DNA of 64,000 nt from Frankiaceae bacterium (lineage in GTDB: Bacteria > Actinomycetota > Actinomycetes > BP-191): contig DATLNJ010000082.1 of the NCBI GenBank assembly GCA_035536815.1, positions 20,435 to 84,434 of the forward strand, given 5' to 3'. The translations under genes and the position numbers were made by a program. Each line of letters starts with the position of its first letter. Positions within the stretch are counted from its first letter, which is position 1. This document shows, in pieces, positions 17,800 to 26,374 of this stretch. A model generated the notes under the pieces. It did no database searches and was not told the origin of the DNA. It was given only the letters and a program-made list of their open reading frames with translations.

Positions 17800-18441
17800 C
17801 TACTCGTCTCGTCGTCGGATTGAGCGTTCACCGTCATCGTCGACGATCACCTCGAAGTCGCTGCGACCCTGGCGCCAGTTTGGTCTGACCCGGTCGAGCA
17901 CCTGGGCCGTCGTCTTTCGTTGCTCGGCAAGTTCGATCAACTCGGTTACATGCCCTTCGAGGTATAGGTCGAGGGGCCGAATGAAGTAGCCTGCGTCGAG
18001 GGTGAAGTCCATCTCCATCCACGCTGCGGGATCCTCGATTACACCCTTCTCCTCAAGCACGTCAAGGAGGGCTGCAATCCGAGCGAGCTTAGTGCGACTC
18101 TCCGCGCTAGCGACACCGCCCTGGCGCCACTTCCGGACGGCCGAGACGCTTACGCCGACGACCTTGGCGATATCGGACCAGCCCATGCCACGGATGTTCG
18201 AGAGTTCCTCAAGGAGGCTCGCAACGGACTTCTTGCTCTTCTCCAGGGACCGGTCAGCCAGGTCTTGCTCGCGGACCTCGCTGTGTAGTTCTTGCACCTC
18301 GCCACCGAGCAGTTCCACCTCCGTGCGCAGGTAGTCCGCGCGCACCGAGAGAGCTCGAGTCTCATTTGGTGCCGACGGCGCGTAATCGGAGACACCTCCG
18401 GTTGAGGTGCCGGTGGGCTGGCCGCCTGTTGTTACCGTCAT
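17800..18441 (-). CDS. HTH (Xre-like) DNA-binding protein with coiled-coil N-terminus
   Basis: HTH is GWSDIAKVVGVSVSAVRKWRQG. The N-terminal heptad-like region is LRTEVELLGGEVQELHSEVREQDL. Its start overlaps the upstream gene's stop by 4 nt (18438-18441). Confidence 0.7.
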   Translation of the reverse strand: MTVTTGGQPTGTSTGGVSDYAPSAPNETRALSVRADYLRTEVELLGGEVQELHSEVREQDLADRSLEKSKKSVASLLEELSNIRGMGWSDIAKVVGVSVSAVRKWRQGGVASAESRTKLARIAALLDVLEEKGVIEDPAAWMEMDFTLDAGYFIRPLDLYLEGHVTELIELAEQRKTTAQVLDRVRPNWRQGRSDFEVIVDDDGERSIRRRDE

Positions 18442-19334
18442 GACCGTGTTCCTCGGAAGAGTTCGCGGGCTTCATCAGTAATAGATTGCTGGAATGCGGT
18501 CCCGCAGGGCACATGAACGGTGGAGAGGGAGTCACGGACTGCCTCAGCGCTGAGCGGGACAGCGTCTGGGCCGCTGAAGTCCTGGAAGCCGTCGAAGTCC
18601 AGGACGAAGAACGGCCCGGAGGGGATAGCAGGGCGTTTGAGGAACTCGGGGACGACGATGGGGCCTTGGTTCAGGGCCGCGAACCGACAGTTGAGGCCCC
18701 TGCCTTCCCCCAGGTCGTAGGTGCTGACGCTCTGCGCTCCTGTTGCGGGCACACCCTCAGGGCCTACCTCGAGGTACCCGATGAGTCGGTCGTTGATCCA
18801 CGTGCTCCACTGCCGGACGTCGGTGAACTGCGCGGACACGCGCAACTCATTGATGTAGCGCAGGCCGACGCGCTGAAGGGCGGGGCGTACCTTCGCGGAA
18901 GCTAGCGCGCCGATCGCTTCCGTGACCGCTTCTATGAGCTTCTCAACGCTGGTGTATGTGGTCGTCTCATAGGTCAACGACTCCGACATGATCGTGAGCG
19001 TTTCGGTGCTGCTCGCGTTCTTAAGCACGACTCCAAGCCGCTCCTGAATCTGGGGCTGCCCTCCGCCTGGGATCAGGTTCAAGCTGACCTCGGCCCGCTG
19101 GAGCGGCTCAGCGAAGGGGAAACGCTCTTCGAGCGCGATCGTCACCTCGTCCTTCGTCTGCTGTTGCCGCAGCCGGGCCGCATCGGTGAAGCGGATCTCG
19201 GCTGCGACCAGCGCAAGCGGCGCGTTCGGGAAGACCTCGCGGTGGGGGTACACGATCGGTGAACCTACTCTCCTCGTATCGGTACAGTACCTAGACGCGC
19301 ACCGAAAGTGCAACCGAAACGTGTACCGCCGCAC
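18438..19334 (-). CDS. TIGR04255-like family protein
   Basis: FPNAPLALVAAEIRF near the N-terminus and the ~270-aa length fit my memory of the TIGR04255 family signature. The true start may be the GTG at 19253 rather than 19334. Confidence 0.6.
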   Translation of the reverse strand: MRRYTFRLHFRCASRYCTDTRRVGSPIVYPHREVFPNAPLALVAAEIRFTDAARLRQQQTKDEVTIALEERFPFAEPLQRAEVSLNLIPGGGQPQIQERLGVVLKNASSTETLTIMSESLTYETTTYTSVEKLIEAVTEAIGALASAKVRPALQRVGLRYINELRVSAQFTDVRQWSTWINDRLIGYLEVGPEGVPATGAQSVSTYDLGEGRGLNCRFAALNQGPIVVPEFLKRPAIPSGPFFVLDFDGFQDFSGPDAVPLSAEAVRDSLSTVHVPCGTAFQQSITDEARELFRGTRS

Positions 19335-19524
19335 GCGACAGCCGACCTCGTCGACTGGTGGGGCGCGGTCGGCGATGTCACCCCGTTCCGGGACATGCTG
19401 TACGCGGTGTCACGGATCGACGAGGTCCGCTCGGGGTGGCCCGTCTAGCCACGCCAAGAGACGCCGCCGCGGCACGAGGAGCGACGACGGTCACGAGTGG
19501 TCGCGCCGCTACCACCGGCGGGTG

Positions 19525-20436
19525 CTAGGCCCGCGGCCGGCCGAGCAGTTCGGCGTTGCCTTCGACGGTGGTCGCGTGGCGGGCGTTGCGGCGCAGGTCG
19601 TAGTAGAACTTCGGGACCCGCGGTGCATCCCGACGTAGCCGATACGCTTCGTCTTGGACGCGGCGGCATTCGCTCGCGGGCACGTCGGCCAGCGACGCAC
19701 GGTGTTCTTTCACGAGGTCGGTCATGTCCCGGACGAGGCGCTCGCGTCGGCCGGCGAAACGCAGATGTGTGCGACCCAACTCGACGGTGTCCAGCAGCGC
19801 GGGGCTGATCGGCAGCCCGAGCTTGATCAGGTAGTCGACGAGGGTGAGGTCCTCCAGCAGGCCGAACGCAAGGGTGCCGAGGAAGAGCATCGCGGAGACG
19901 GTCAGCAGCGCGAGACCGTAGCCACGATGGTCCGCGCGGCTCCACACGGCACTCTCCCGTTGGCACAGCAGGGCGTCGGCTGGCCAGGGCACGCCGTCGA
20001 GGTCGGTGCGGAACCACGCGTCGAAGCGACTATCCGGCTTCATCTTGCGGGCGGCGTCGGTGACGACCTCCGGTAGCGGAGGCTCGCCGGACACCGCGGT
20101 GTTCCACGGCAGCAGGAACAGTTCGGTGTCGTAGAGCTCTTGGACGTTGACGGCGGCCTCGACCTGGCGCGTCTCTGCCCATCCGAGCAACAGCCGCGAC
20201 ACGATCAGCCACGCTCCGGCGGCGGCGGCGACGTAGTCCGCAATGCCGGGCAGTTGCCAGGTAACGAGCGGCGCGGCGGCGAACGCCGCGGTGCCGACGG
20301 CGCGGATGATCCGGTAGCGCTGGCCGACCCGGTAGAGGTGGCTGTAGGCGCGTAGCCGACGTGTGTGTTCGTCGTCGTCCTGCCGGAGCGTGATCTGTGC
20401 GGACGCGCCGTAGGGAACCGGTCGGGGCTCGGTCAC
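19525..20436 (-). CDS. S-4TM-like four-transmembrane CBASS effector
   Basis: There are two pairs of hydrophobic helices (AVGTAAFAAAPLVTW / YVAAAAGAWLIVSRLLLGW and YGLALLTVSAMLFLGTLAFGLL / LIKLGLPISPALL). It lies immediately downstream of the CD-NTase. GTG at 20436 overlaps the cyclase stop (GTGA). The track start at 20529 would overlap the cyclase by 97 nt. Confidence 0.65.
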   Translation of the reverse strand: MTEPRPVPYGASAQITLRQDDDEHTRRLRAYSHLYRVGQRYRIIRAVGTAAFAAAPLVTWQLPGIADYVAAAAGAWLIVSRLLLGWAETRQVEAAVNVQELYDTELFLLPWNTAVSGEPPLPEVVTDAARKMKPDSRFDAWFRTDLDGVPWPADALLCQRESAVWSRADHRGYGLALLTVSAMLFLGTLAFGLLEDLTLVDYLIKLGLPISPALLDTVELGRTHLRFAGRRERLVRDMTDLVKEHRASLADVPASECRRVQDEAYRLRRDAPRVPKFYYDLRRNARHATTVEGNAELLGRPRA

Positions 20437-21320
20437 GACGAGGGGAACAGCGGCCCGAACAGTGCTCGCCACGCAGCGAGCGCGTCGCTGGTGCGCTTGG
20501 CCCGGTCGAGGCGCATGGCTTCGGTGCACGAGGCTTCCGCGGCACGCAGCGCAGCCTTCGCCGTCGTCATCTTCGCTGGCGCGCCGTCGAGGATGTCCGA
20601 CACGTAGGGGCCGAGTTCGGCGGGGTCGGGCCAGCCGTCGTCGATGCGCTCGGCGGCAGAGGCGAAGAACTCACGCAGTAGGTACGGCGTCTGCCCGGTC
20701 CACGGCGGGCAGAGCAGATCCAGTGCCATCACCTCGATCAGGAACGACGGCTCCACCGGTCCGCCGGCGTGGTCGTTCCACTTCTTGATCATCTTCACCA
20801 GCGGCTTCCAGTGCTCGTCGAGAGCCTTGTTCGCCGCGGTCGCCTTGTCGGCATGCACTGTCGGATCGGTTTTGATCCACTCGCCGCTGTGGTCGTCGGG
20901 GATGAGGTAGTGGTCGCCCTCGGTGAACGCCGGGACCACGTCGAAGGAGATGACCTCGCTGCTGACGTCGTTGACGACGCTGACCCCGAAGTCGACGCGG
21001 ACGGCGAAGCGATCGATGCAGACCCGGTCGGCGCCGTAGAGCGGGTCGAGGATCGCCTTGACCGCGTCGAGGACCTTGCGGGGACGCTTGTCGAGGTAAG
21101 CGCGGTCGTCGAGGACGACGAGAATGTCGACGTCACGCAGCGGCTTGGTCTTGGTGTGGCGGGCGTAGGCGCCGATCAGGAAGTCGTCGACGACGTCGAC
21201 CCCGCCGTCCTTGACTTGCTTGCGCAGGTTGCGTTGCCGCCGCGACGCCGAGTCGGACTCGGTCTCGGTGATCTCCAGGCGGCTGCTGAACTCGGTGAAC
21301 GCCTCGGCGACGGTTCTCAT
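20433..21320 (-). CDS. CD-NTase (cGAS/DncV-like nucleotidyltransferase, SMODS domain)
   Basis: Start at the internal ATG (MRTVAEAFTEFSSRLEITE). The pol-beta NTase signature is IGAYARHTKTKPLRDVDILVVL (G[SA]...DxD), with the third acidic residue in ISFDVVPAF. The upstream 76 aa of the track ORF are Arg-rich junk. Confidence 0.8.
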   Translation of the reverse strand: MRTVAEAFTEFSSRLEITETESDSASRRQRNLRKQVKDGGVDVVDDFLIGAYARHTKTKPLRDVDILVVLDDRAYLDKRPRKVLDAVKAILDPLYGADRVCIDRFAVRVDFGVSVVNDVSSEVISFDVVPAFTEGDHYLIPDDHSGEWIKTDPTVHADKATAANKALDEHWKPLVKMIKKWNDHAGGPVEPSFLIEVMALDLLCPPWTGQTPYLLREFFASAAERIDDGWPDPAELGPYVSDILDGAPAKMTTAKAALRAAEASCTEAMRLDRAKRTSDALAAWRALFGPLFPSS

Positions 21321-21841
21321 GCGCCGCTGCTGGTGTAGTAGGACAGGCCGACGCCGAGGGATCCCCCGCCGAGCGCGGTCCCGGTGGCGTGTTCGGTGAA
21401 TCCCGCGGTCGACCGGTAGGAGGTGCCGCTCCAGCCCGCGACCGTGGCGGCGCCGGGTGCGTTCTTGGCGATCACCCGATAGGTACAGCGCGAGGGGATC
21501 GCGCCGGCGCGGCGGACCGCGTAGGAGACCGTGTCCGGGTCGAGCCACAGGTCGCCGTCGCCGTCGGCGTAGTAGCCGTAGGCGATCGCGAAGTCGAACC
21601 GGCCGACCAGGTCGCGGCCGGCCTGCTTGGTCGGGTCCCAGATCTCCAAAGTGAGCTTCTGCAGGTGCCGGGAGCTGAGCCAGGTGGCGATGCCGAGTTC
21701 GAGGGTGTCCCAGCGCCCGAGCAGGTAGTCGGTGCTCAGGCCCGCTTCCCGGACGATCTGGCGGATGCTTTGCAGCACGTTCGTCGCGACGTGCGTGGTG
21801 GCGTACGCCGCGGTGTTGACGCGGACGGCGGTGGCGGTCAT
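21317..21841 (-). CDS. HORMA-like CBASS accessory protein (Cap7-like), tentative
   Basis: ~174 aa. The N-terminus TTHVATNVLQSIRQIVREAGL and the block LTLEIWDP...GRFDFAIAY resemble HORMA-domain patterns. It has ATGA overlaps with both neighbours and sits between a TRIP13-like ATPase and the CD-NTase. Confidence 0.5.
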   Translation of the reverse strand: MTATAVRVNTAAYATTHVATNVLQSIRQIVREAGLSTDYLLGRWDTLELGIATWLSSRHLQKLTLEIWDPTKQAGRDLVGRFDFAIAYGYYADGDGDLWLDPDTVSYAVRRAGAIPSRCTYRVIAKNAPGAATVAGWSGTSYRSTAGFTEHATGTALGGGSLGVGLSYYTSSGA

Positions 21842-22314
21842 GGGCGCTCCAGCTCGGCCAGGTCGATGAGGTTCCCGCCGGACGAGGTGGCCGAGGCGGC
21901 GGCGGTTACCGCGGACGCGTCGTCGTCGTCGGCGTGGGCGGCGACACGCGGATGTGCGGCGAGTGCCGCCGCGATGCTCGCGAGTTCGTCTGCCTGACAG
22001 GGCAGGGCCACCTGCCACTGGTCTTCGTCAGTCGGGTAGGCCGCCAGCGGGGACTCGTTGACCTCGTCGTCGTCGAGGGCGTCCTCGCCGTGCACCGTGT
22101 AGATGCGCACCCGAGGGCCGGCGGCGGCGGTGACGACGATCGGGTTGTCGCGCGTGCACTCCTCAGCGATGAGCATGCCGGCGACGTTGGTGACCGCGGT
22201 GAGTTCGGCGTGCGCCGGCGAGCCGGGTGCCGCGAGCAGCGCAGCGATCGCCCGCCAGGTGTCAGTAGAGGTGCGCTTCGGGACCGCGGCGATCCGCCGC
22301 GCGAGGACGGTCAC
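21838..22314 (-). CDS. small CBASS accessory protein (second HORMA-sized protein, Cap8-like?), tentative
   Basis: 158 aa with ATGA overlaps on both sides. The call rests on size and position only; there is an acidic C-terminal tail. Confidence 0.45.
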   Translation of the reverse strand: MTVLARRIAAVPKRTSTDTWRAIAALLAAPGSPAHAELTAVTNVAGMLIAEECTRDNPIVVTAAAGPRVRIYTVHGEDALDDDEVNESPLAAYPTDEDQWQVALPCQADELASIAAALAAHPRVAAHADDDDASAVTAAASATSSGGNLIDLAELERP

Positions 22315-23228
22315 GGCGCAGCGCTCCGTTCCCGCATCGCGGTCAACAGGGCTGTCTTCGTCAGCTTCGCGGGGTCACCCGCCGCGGCCGGGTCGAGTGC
22401 GCACGCCGCTGCGACGGACTTGCGGATCGCGCGCGCATCGAGCCCGTCAGCGGCCTCCGCGGCGGCCGCGATCACAGGGTCGGTGATCAGCTTGCGTACC
22501 GGTGGGAACTTCTCGGCGACCGCAGTCAAGGTGTGGCGCACGATCGTGGCGCGGGCGTCGCGGTCGGGCAACGGCACCTCGATGGTCCAGTCGGCGCGCG
22601 ACAGAAACGCGCTGTCGATGATCTGCGGCACGTTGCTGGTGGCGATGATCACCACGTTGCGGTGCTCGCGGGCCAGCGCGTCGAGTCCGACGAGTGCAGC
22701 ATCGACGGCGCGGTGAACGTCGACCGGGTTCGCGTCCATCGACAACGCGGAACGATCCGTGACCAACGTTTCCACCTCGTCGAGCAGCACCACCAGCGGG
22801 CCGGCCGCCGCCTGCTCGGTGAGCAGGGTGCCGAACAGCTGCTCGACGCTGCGCTGGCTGCGGCCCAGCGACGACGACACCAGCGTGTGCGGATTGATTT
22901 CGAGGTACAGCCACTCGCCGAGGCCCGGTACGGCCAGGGCGACCCGGTGCGCCAGCCCGCGCGCCACCGTCGTCTTGCCAACCCCCGGCGCGCCGGTGAG
23001 CAACACCGTGCCGTGCAGCGGCATCGCGGCCGAGTCGACCGCGTCACGCAGCAGCACCGTCGCCGCGACCTGACGCAGCATCCGCGACTTCATGTCCGCG
23101 GGCAGGATGATCGCGTCCCAGTCCCGCGCGAAGTCCTCTGACGGCAACAACCGCGCGTCACTGATGCCCGGCGTGTCCGACGCCCCCGGTACCCGGCGAC
23201 GCGCTCGCAACGTGGTTGGCCGTGTCAC
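22311..23228 (-). CDS. AAA+ ATPase, TRIP13/Pch2-like (Cap6-like)
   Basis: Walker A is LLTGAPGVGKTT and Walker B is LVVLLDEVETL. IIATSNVPQIIDSAFLSRADWTIEVPLP matches the TRIP13-type TSN..iD.AF.sRAD block. Confidence 0.8.
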   Translation of the reverse strand: MTRPTTLRARRRVPGASDTPGISDARLLPSEDFARDWDAIILPADMKSRMLRQVAATVLLRDAVDSAAMPLHGTVLLTGAPGVGKTTVARGLAHRVALAVPGLGEWLYLEINPHTLVSSSLGRSQRSVEQLFGTLLTEQAAAGPLVVLLDEVETLVTDRSALSMDANPVDVHRAVDAALVGLDALAREHRNVVIIATSNVPQIIDSAFLSRADWTIEVPLPDRDARATIVRHTLTAVAEKFPPVRKLITDPVIAAAAEAADGLDARAIRKSVAAACALDPAAAGDPAKLTKTALLTAMRERSAAP

Positions 23229-23489
23229 GGAACCCCCGTCCTACGTACCGAACGTCTGTTCGATCAACGTTAGCACTCTTGATACCCGAGTGCTGACGAC
23301 ACGCCCGAGTGTAAGCCTCGTCCGGACTGTCGACGGGCCCGACATACCCGGTCTCGTGGCGGCGCGCGGACACGGCGATCCCGGCCGCATCACCGTATCG
23401 ATCGGGGCTCAAGCCACCGGACGTGGTCTTCGGGCTTCGAGCAGTGGGCGGCCGGCGGAGTAGTCCGACGCGCAGGGCGATCGTCTCAG

Positions 23490-25310
23490 GTGCCGGCGTC
23501 CCGCGGGCATCTCATCTTCGTGATCGGCGTAACTTCGCGAACGAGACCGGCTGGCGGGGTCATGCTCAGCAGCGTGTCCCGCCGCCCTTCACCGTGGTTG
23601 CCTTTTCGCCGCGGCCCGTCGCTGCTCGACCCCGGCCCGCTGCCGAGCACGGTCGAGGTGCTGCGCGTGCCGTACGCGTTCAGCCAGACCGGGCTACTGA
23701 CCCCGGAAGCGTTCATCCGGAAAGCCCGGGAGCGTGGCGTTCGCCTCGACCGGGATCTCCTTCAGGTGCTGCACCGCCGCCGTCTTCTGGCTCCGTTCCT
23801 CCAGCTCCACCACCGGCCGGTCACGACCTCGGTGGACTTCCCGACCCCCGGCGCCTGGGGCACCACCGGGTTCATCACGGCAGCAGCCGCCGACGGGCGG
23901 CTCACCGACCCGGCGGCGCGCCGCTACCGACCGTGGCCGGCGCAGCGCGACGTCAACACCATCTGGTACTCGACGTTCCAGCTGCTCGCACTGCCGTCGA
24001 TCAGGGTGACGCTGCGCGCGGCGACCCACGCCGACCCGGCGAGCGGCCGCTGGCACCTTCCGCCCGCTGATCGGCCTCGACGCCTCGACGCCGCCCGCAG
24101 CCGCGCCCTCGCCGTCACCTTGGAAGTCCTCGCCCCCCGTTACCTACCTCGCGTCATGGCGCAGCTGAAAGTGGACCGCGACGCCGCCGACGAGATGAAC
24201 GCCTACGTCGATGACCACGACCCGCGCCCCCTGATCGAGCTGCTCCGCTTACCCGGCGAGCGGCTCGCCACGCAGGCCGAGGAACTTCTGTCCGACGCCA
24301 AGTCCTTCGATCCGCTCGGCTCGTGGCATCAAGTCGTCCGCATCGGTGCCCCCGGAAAATGGACCGACCTGCGCTACGACGCGCTGCTCGCTGTCGAGTA
24401 CCGGATCGCCGCAGAGATCCTGCTGCGCTGCCACGACGACATGGCAGCCGCCGGCTACACGCCACCCCTGCCGGAGGTCACCCCGCATTGGTACCACCCG
24501 CACCACGACCGATTGCAGGTCAGCGCCCGTGACCGCGCCGAGACGCTGCACGACTTCCGGCTCTCCGGCCAGCCCGCGGTGTACCTGGCGTTGGAAGGGC
24601 AGACCGAGATCCGCACTGCGGAACTCGCACTCGCCGACCTGTTCGGCCTCGACGGTGACGCCAACCTGGTGCGCCTCGTCGACCTCGACGGTGTCGACCA
24701 CGACCTCGCGCTGCTCGCCCGCGCCGTCGCCGTGCCCCGCCTGGACTTCACCGGCGACCGGCTCGCCACCGCGCGCTCACCTTTGGTCGGACTGATCGTC
24801 GCCGTCGACCCCGAGAGCCGCTACAAGACCTGCGAGCAACAGGCCAAGCATCGGGCCAACATGATCGCCACGGTGCTGAAATCACTGCCCAAGCACGCCC
24901 GCACCGACACCATGCGCGACAACATCGACCACCTCATCGACCTGCGAACCTGGGGCGAGCACAGTTTCGAGTTCGCCCACTTCACCGACCTCCAACTCGC
25001 CCGCGCCCTGCGACGTCTCGCCGGACGAGCCGCTCCGCCGCTAGCCGAACTGCGCGCCGCGCTCGCCGACTACCGCGACCGGCACCGCAACCTCGACAAG
25101 TTGTGGGCTGACTGGCCGGCGCGCATCACCAAGCCCGACCTCGCTGCGACGCTCTGGCCGATCCTGCGCCGTCGAGCGACGAGCCGGTCACGGCAGCCGC
25201 TGCCCCCTATCGTCGACGTCGTCGCCCAAGCCGTGGCCCTCGCCCACCAACTACGCCACGCCAGCGGCATGGCTGTCGAACCCGACCCGGCACCGGTGCA
25301 CCCCGCTTAG
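23490..25310 (+). CDS. large hypothetical protein with a possible C-terminal Toprim-like region
   Basis: Coding-like composition from about MLSSVSRR (23562) onward. VYLALEGQTEIRTAE ... GLIVAVDPES resembles the Toprim E...DxD/E pattern of OLD/DUF4435-type nucleases. I recognise no NTPase motif. Confidence 0.6.
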   Translation: MPASRGHLIFVIGVTSRTRPAGGVMLSSVSRRPSPWLPFRRGPSLLDPGPLPSTVEVLRVPYAFSQTGLLTPEAFIRKARERGVRLDRDLLQVLHRRRLLAPFLQLHHRPVTTSVDFPTPGAWGTTGFITAAAADGRLTDPAARRYRPWPAQRDVNTIWYSTFQLLALPSIRVTLRAATHADPASGRWHLPPADRPRRLDAARSRALAVTLEVLAPRYLPRVMAQLKVDRDAADEMNAYVDDHDPRPLIELLRLPGERLATQAEELLSDAKSFDPLGSWHQVVRIGAPGKWTDLRYDALLAVEYRIAAEILLRCHDDMAAAGYTPPLPEVTPHWYHPHHDRLQVSARDRAETLHDFRLSGQPAVYLALEGQTEIRTAELALADLFGLDGDANLVRLVDLDGVDHDLALLARAVAVPRLDFTGDRLATARSPLVGLIVAVDPESRYKTCEQQAKHRANMIATVLKSLPKHARTDTMRDNIDHLIDLRTWGEHSFEFAHFTDLQLARALRRLAGRAAPPLAELRAALADYRDRHRNLDKLWADWPARITKPDLAATLWPILRRRATSRSRQPLPPIVDVVAQAVALAHQLRHASGMAVEPDPAPVHPA

Positions 25311-25477
25311 CGGACCAGGCACGCCGACACGCGACCCACTGAGTGGTAGCCGCGCTACCGGTGCTGTCGGCGCCCACCGGGGCCGACAGTTCAGCGCGTC
25401 CGCCGCCACGATTCGGCGTAGACACCGCGACCAGGCCGACCGATGCTCGGTCGGTGTCGGAACGCAAACGTCAAGCA

Positions 25478-26338
25478 ATGTTCGACCGAGGTGCCGCCGC
25501 GTTCGCCGCAGTCGCGCCTGAGGCCCCGATCGGTCTCTACGCGTGCCCGCTGTGCCTACGCGGCTTTACCCGAGACGAAACCGCACCCGGACGCGCGTTG
25601 ACCATCGAGCATGTGCCGCCGCAGGGTCTCGGTGGCCGAGAGATGTGCCTGACGTGCCGGGGCTGCAACAGCATCTCGGGGTCTGCGCTGGACGCACACA
25701 TGGAACGACACCGGACTTTCGTCGACTTCCTCGCCGGGGTCGACACTCGTGATATCCGAGCCACGTTCACGGTGGAGGGACGTCAGCAACGCGGTGTCGT
25801 CCGATGCGAGAACGGGGCGTACGTGCTCGGCGGCGTCCTGGCGCGTGACCGGCCCGGCATCGCCGCTGCCATGATCGACCACCTCGATCAGATCGTCGCA
25901 GAGAAGGCGACTGACTGGTCTCTCGGCATCACGTTCGAAGACCCCTGGCAACAGCGACGCGTGAACATCGGCTGGCTGCGCGCTGGCTACCTGGCGGCGT
26001 TCGCGGCGCTCGGCTACCGCTACATCGCTCAGCCCGCTTTCAGCGCGGTGCGTCAGCAAATTCTCCGCCCGGATGACGATGTCGTGCGCTTGACGGTCAT
26101 GCTCGCGCGTGGCGACGCACCGCACACCACCCGCTCGATCCTCCTAGTGGAGAAGCCCAGCGAACTCCGTTCGGTCGTGGTGCAGATGGGTCGCGCGGTC
26201 GTGCTACTTCCCTATATCGGGTGCTCCGCGGGTGCGGAGATCTTCACCGACCTACCTCTCGCGGACGCAGGCAGCACCGATCTCCACGGTCAACTCCTGC
26301 CGTGGCCCGACCGGGCCGCATTCCTCCTCGACACGTGA
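25478..26338 (+). CDS. HNH-type endonuclease-like protein
   Basis: Start at the internal ATG (MFDRGAAAF). CPLCLRGF...LTIEHVPPQGLGG...CLTCRGCNSISGSALDAH fits a CxxC...EH...CxxCN...H HNH/zinc-finger core. Confidence 0.65.
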   Translation: MFDRGAAAFAAVAPEAPIGLYACPLCLRGFTRDETAPGRALTIEHVPPQGLGGREMCLTCRGCNSISGSALDAHMERHRTFVDFLAGVDTRDIRATFTVEGRQQRGVVRCENGAYVLGGVLARDRPGIAAAMIDHLDQIVAEKATDWSLGITFEDPWQQRRVNIGWLRAGYLAAFAALGYRYIAQPAFSAVRQQILRPDDDVVRLTVMLARGDAPHTTRSILLVEKPSELRSVVVQMGRAVVLLPYIGCSAGAEIFTDLPLADAGSTDLHGQLLPWPDRAAFLLDT

Positions 26339-26374
26339 GGTCGTGCGTCGACCGGGCGCTGGCAACACCGCTTG

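Noticed and set aside
20437-20529. N-terminal extension of the S-4TM ORF to 20529
   Set aside because: It would overlap the CD-NTase by 97 nt and encodes Arg/His/Pro-rich sequence. The GTG at 20436 gives a GTGA coupling overlap consistent with the rest of the operon.
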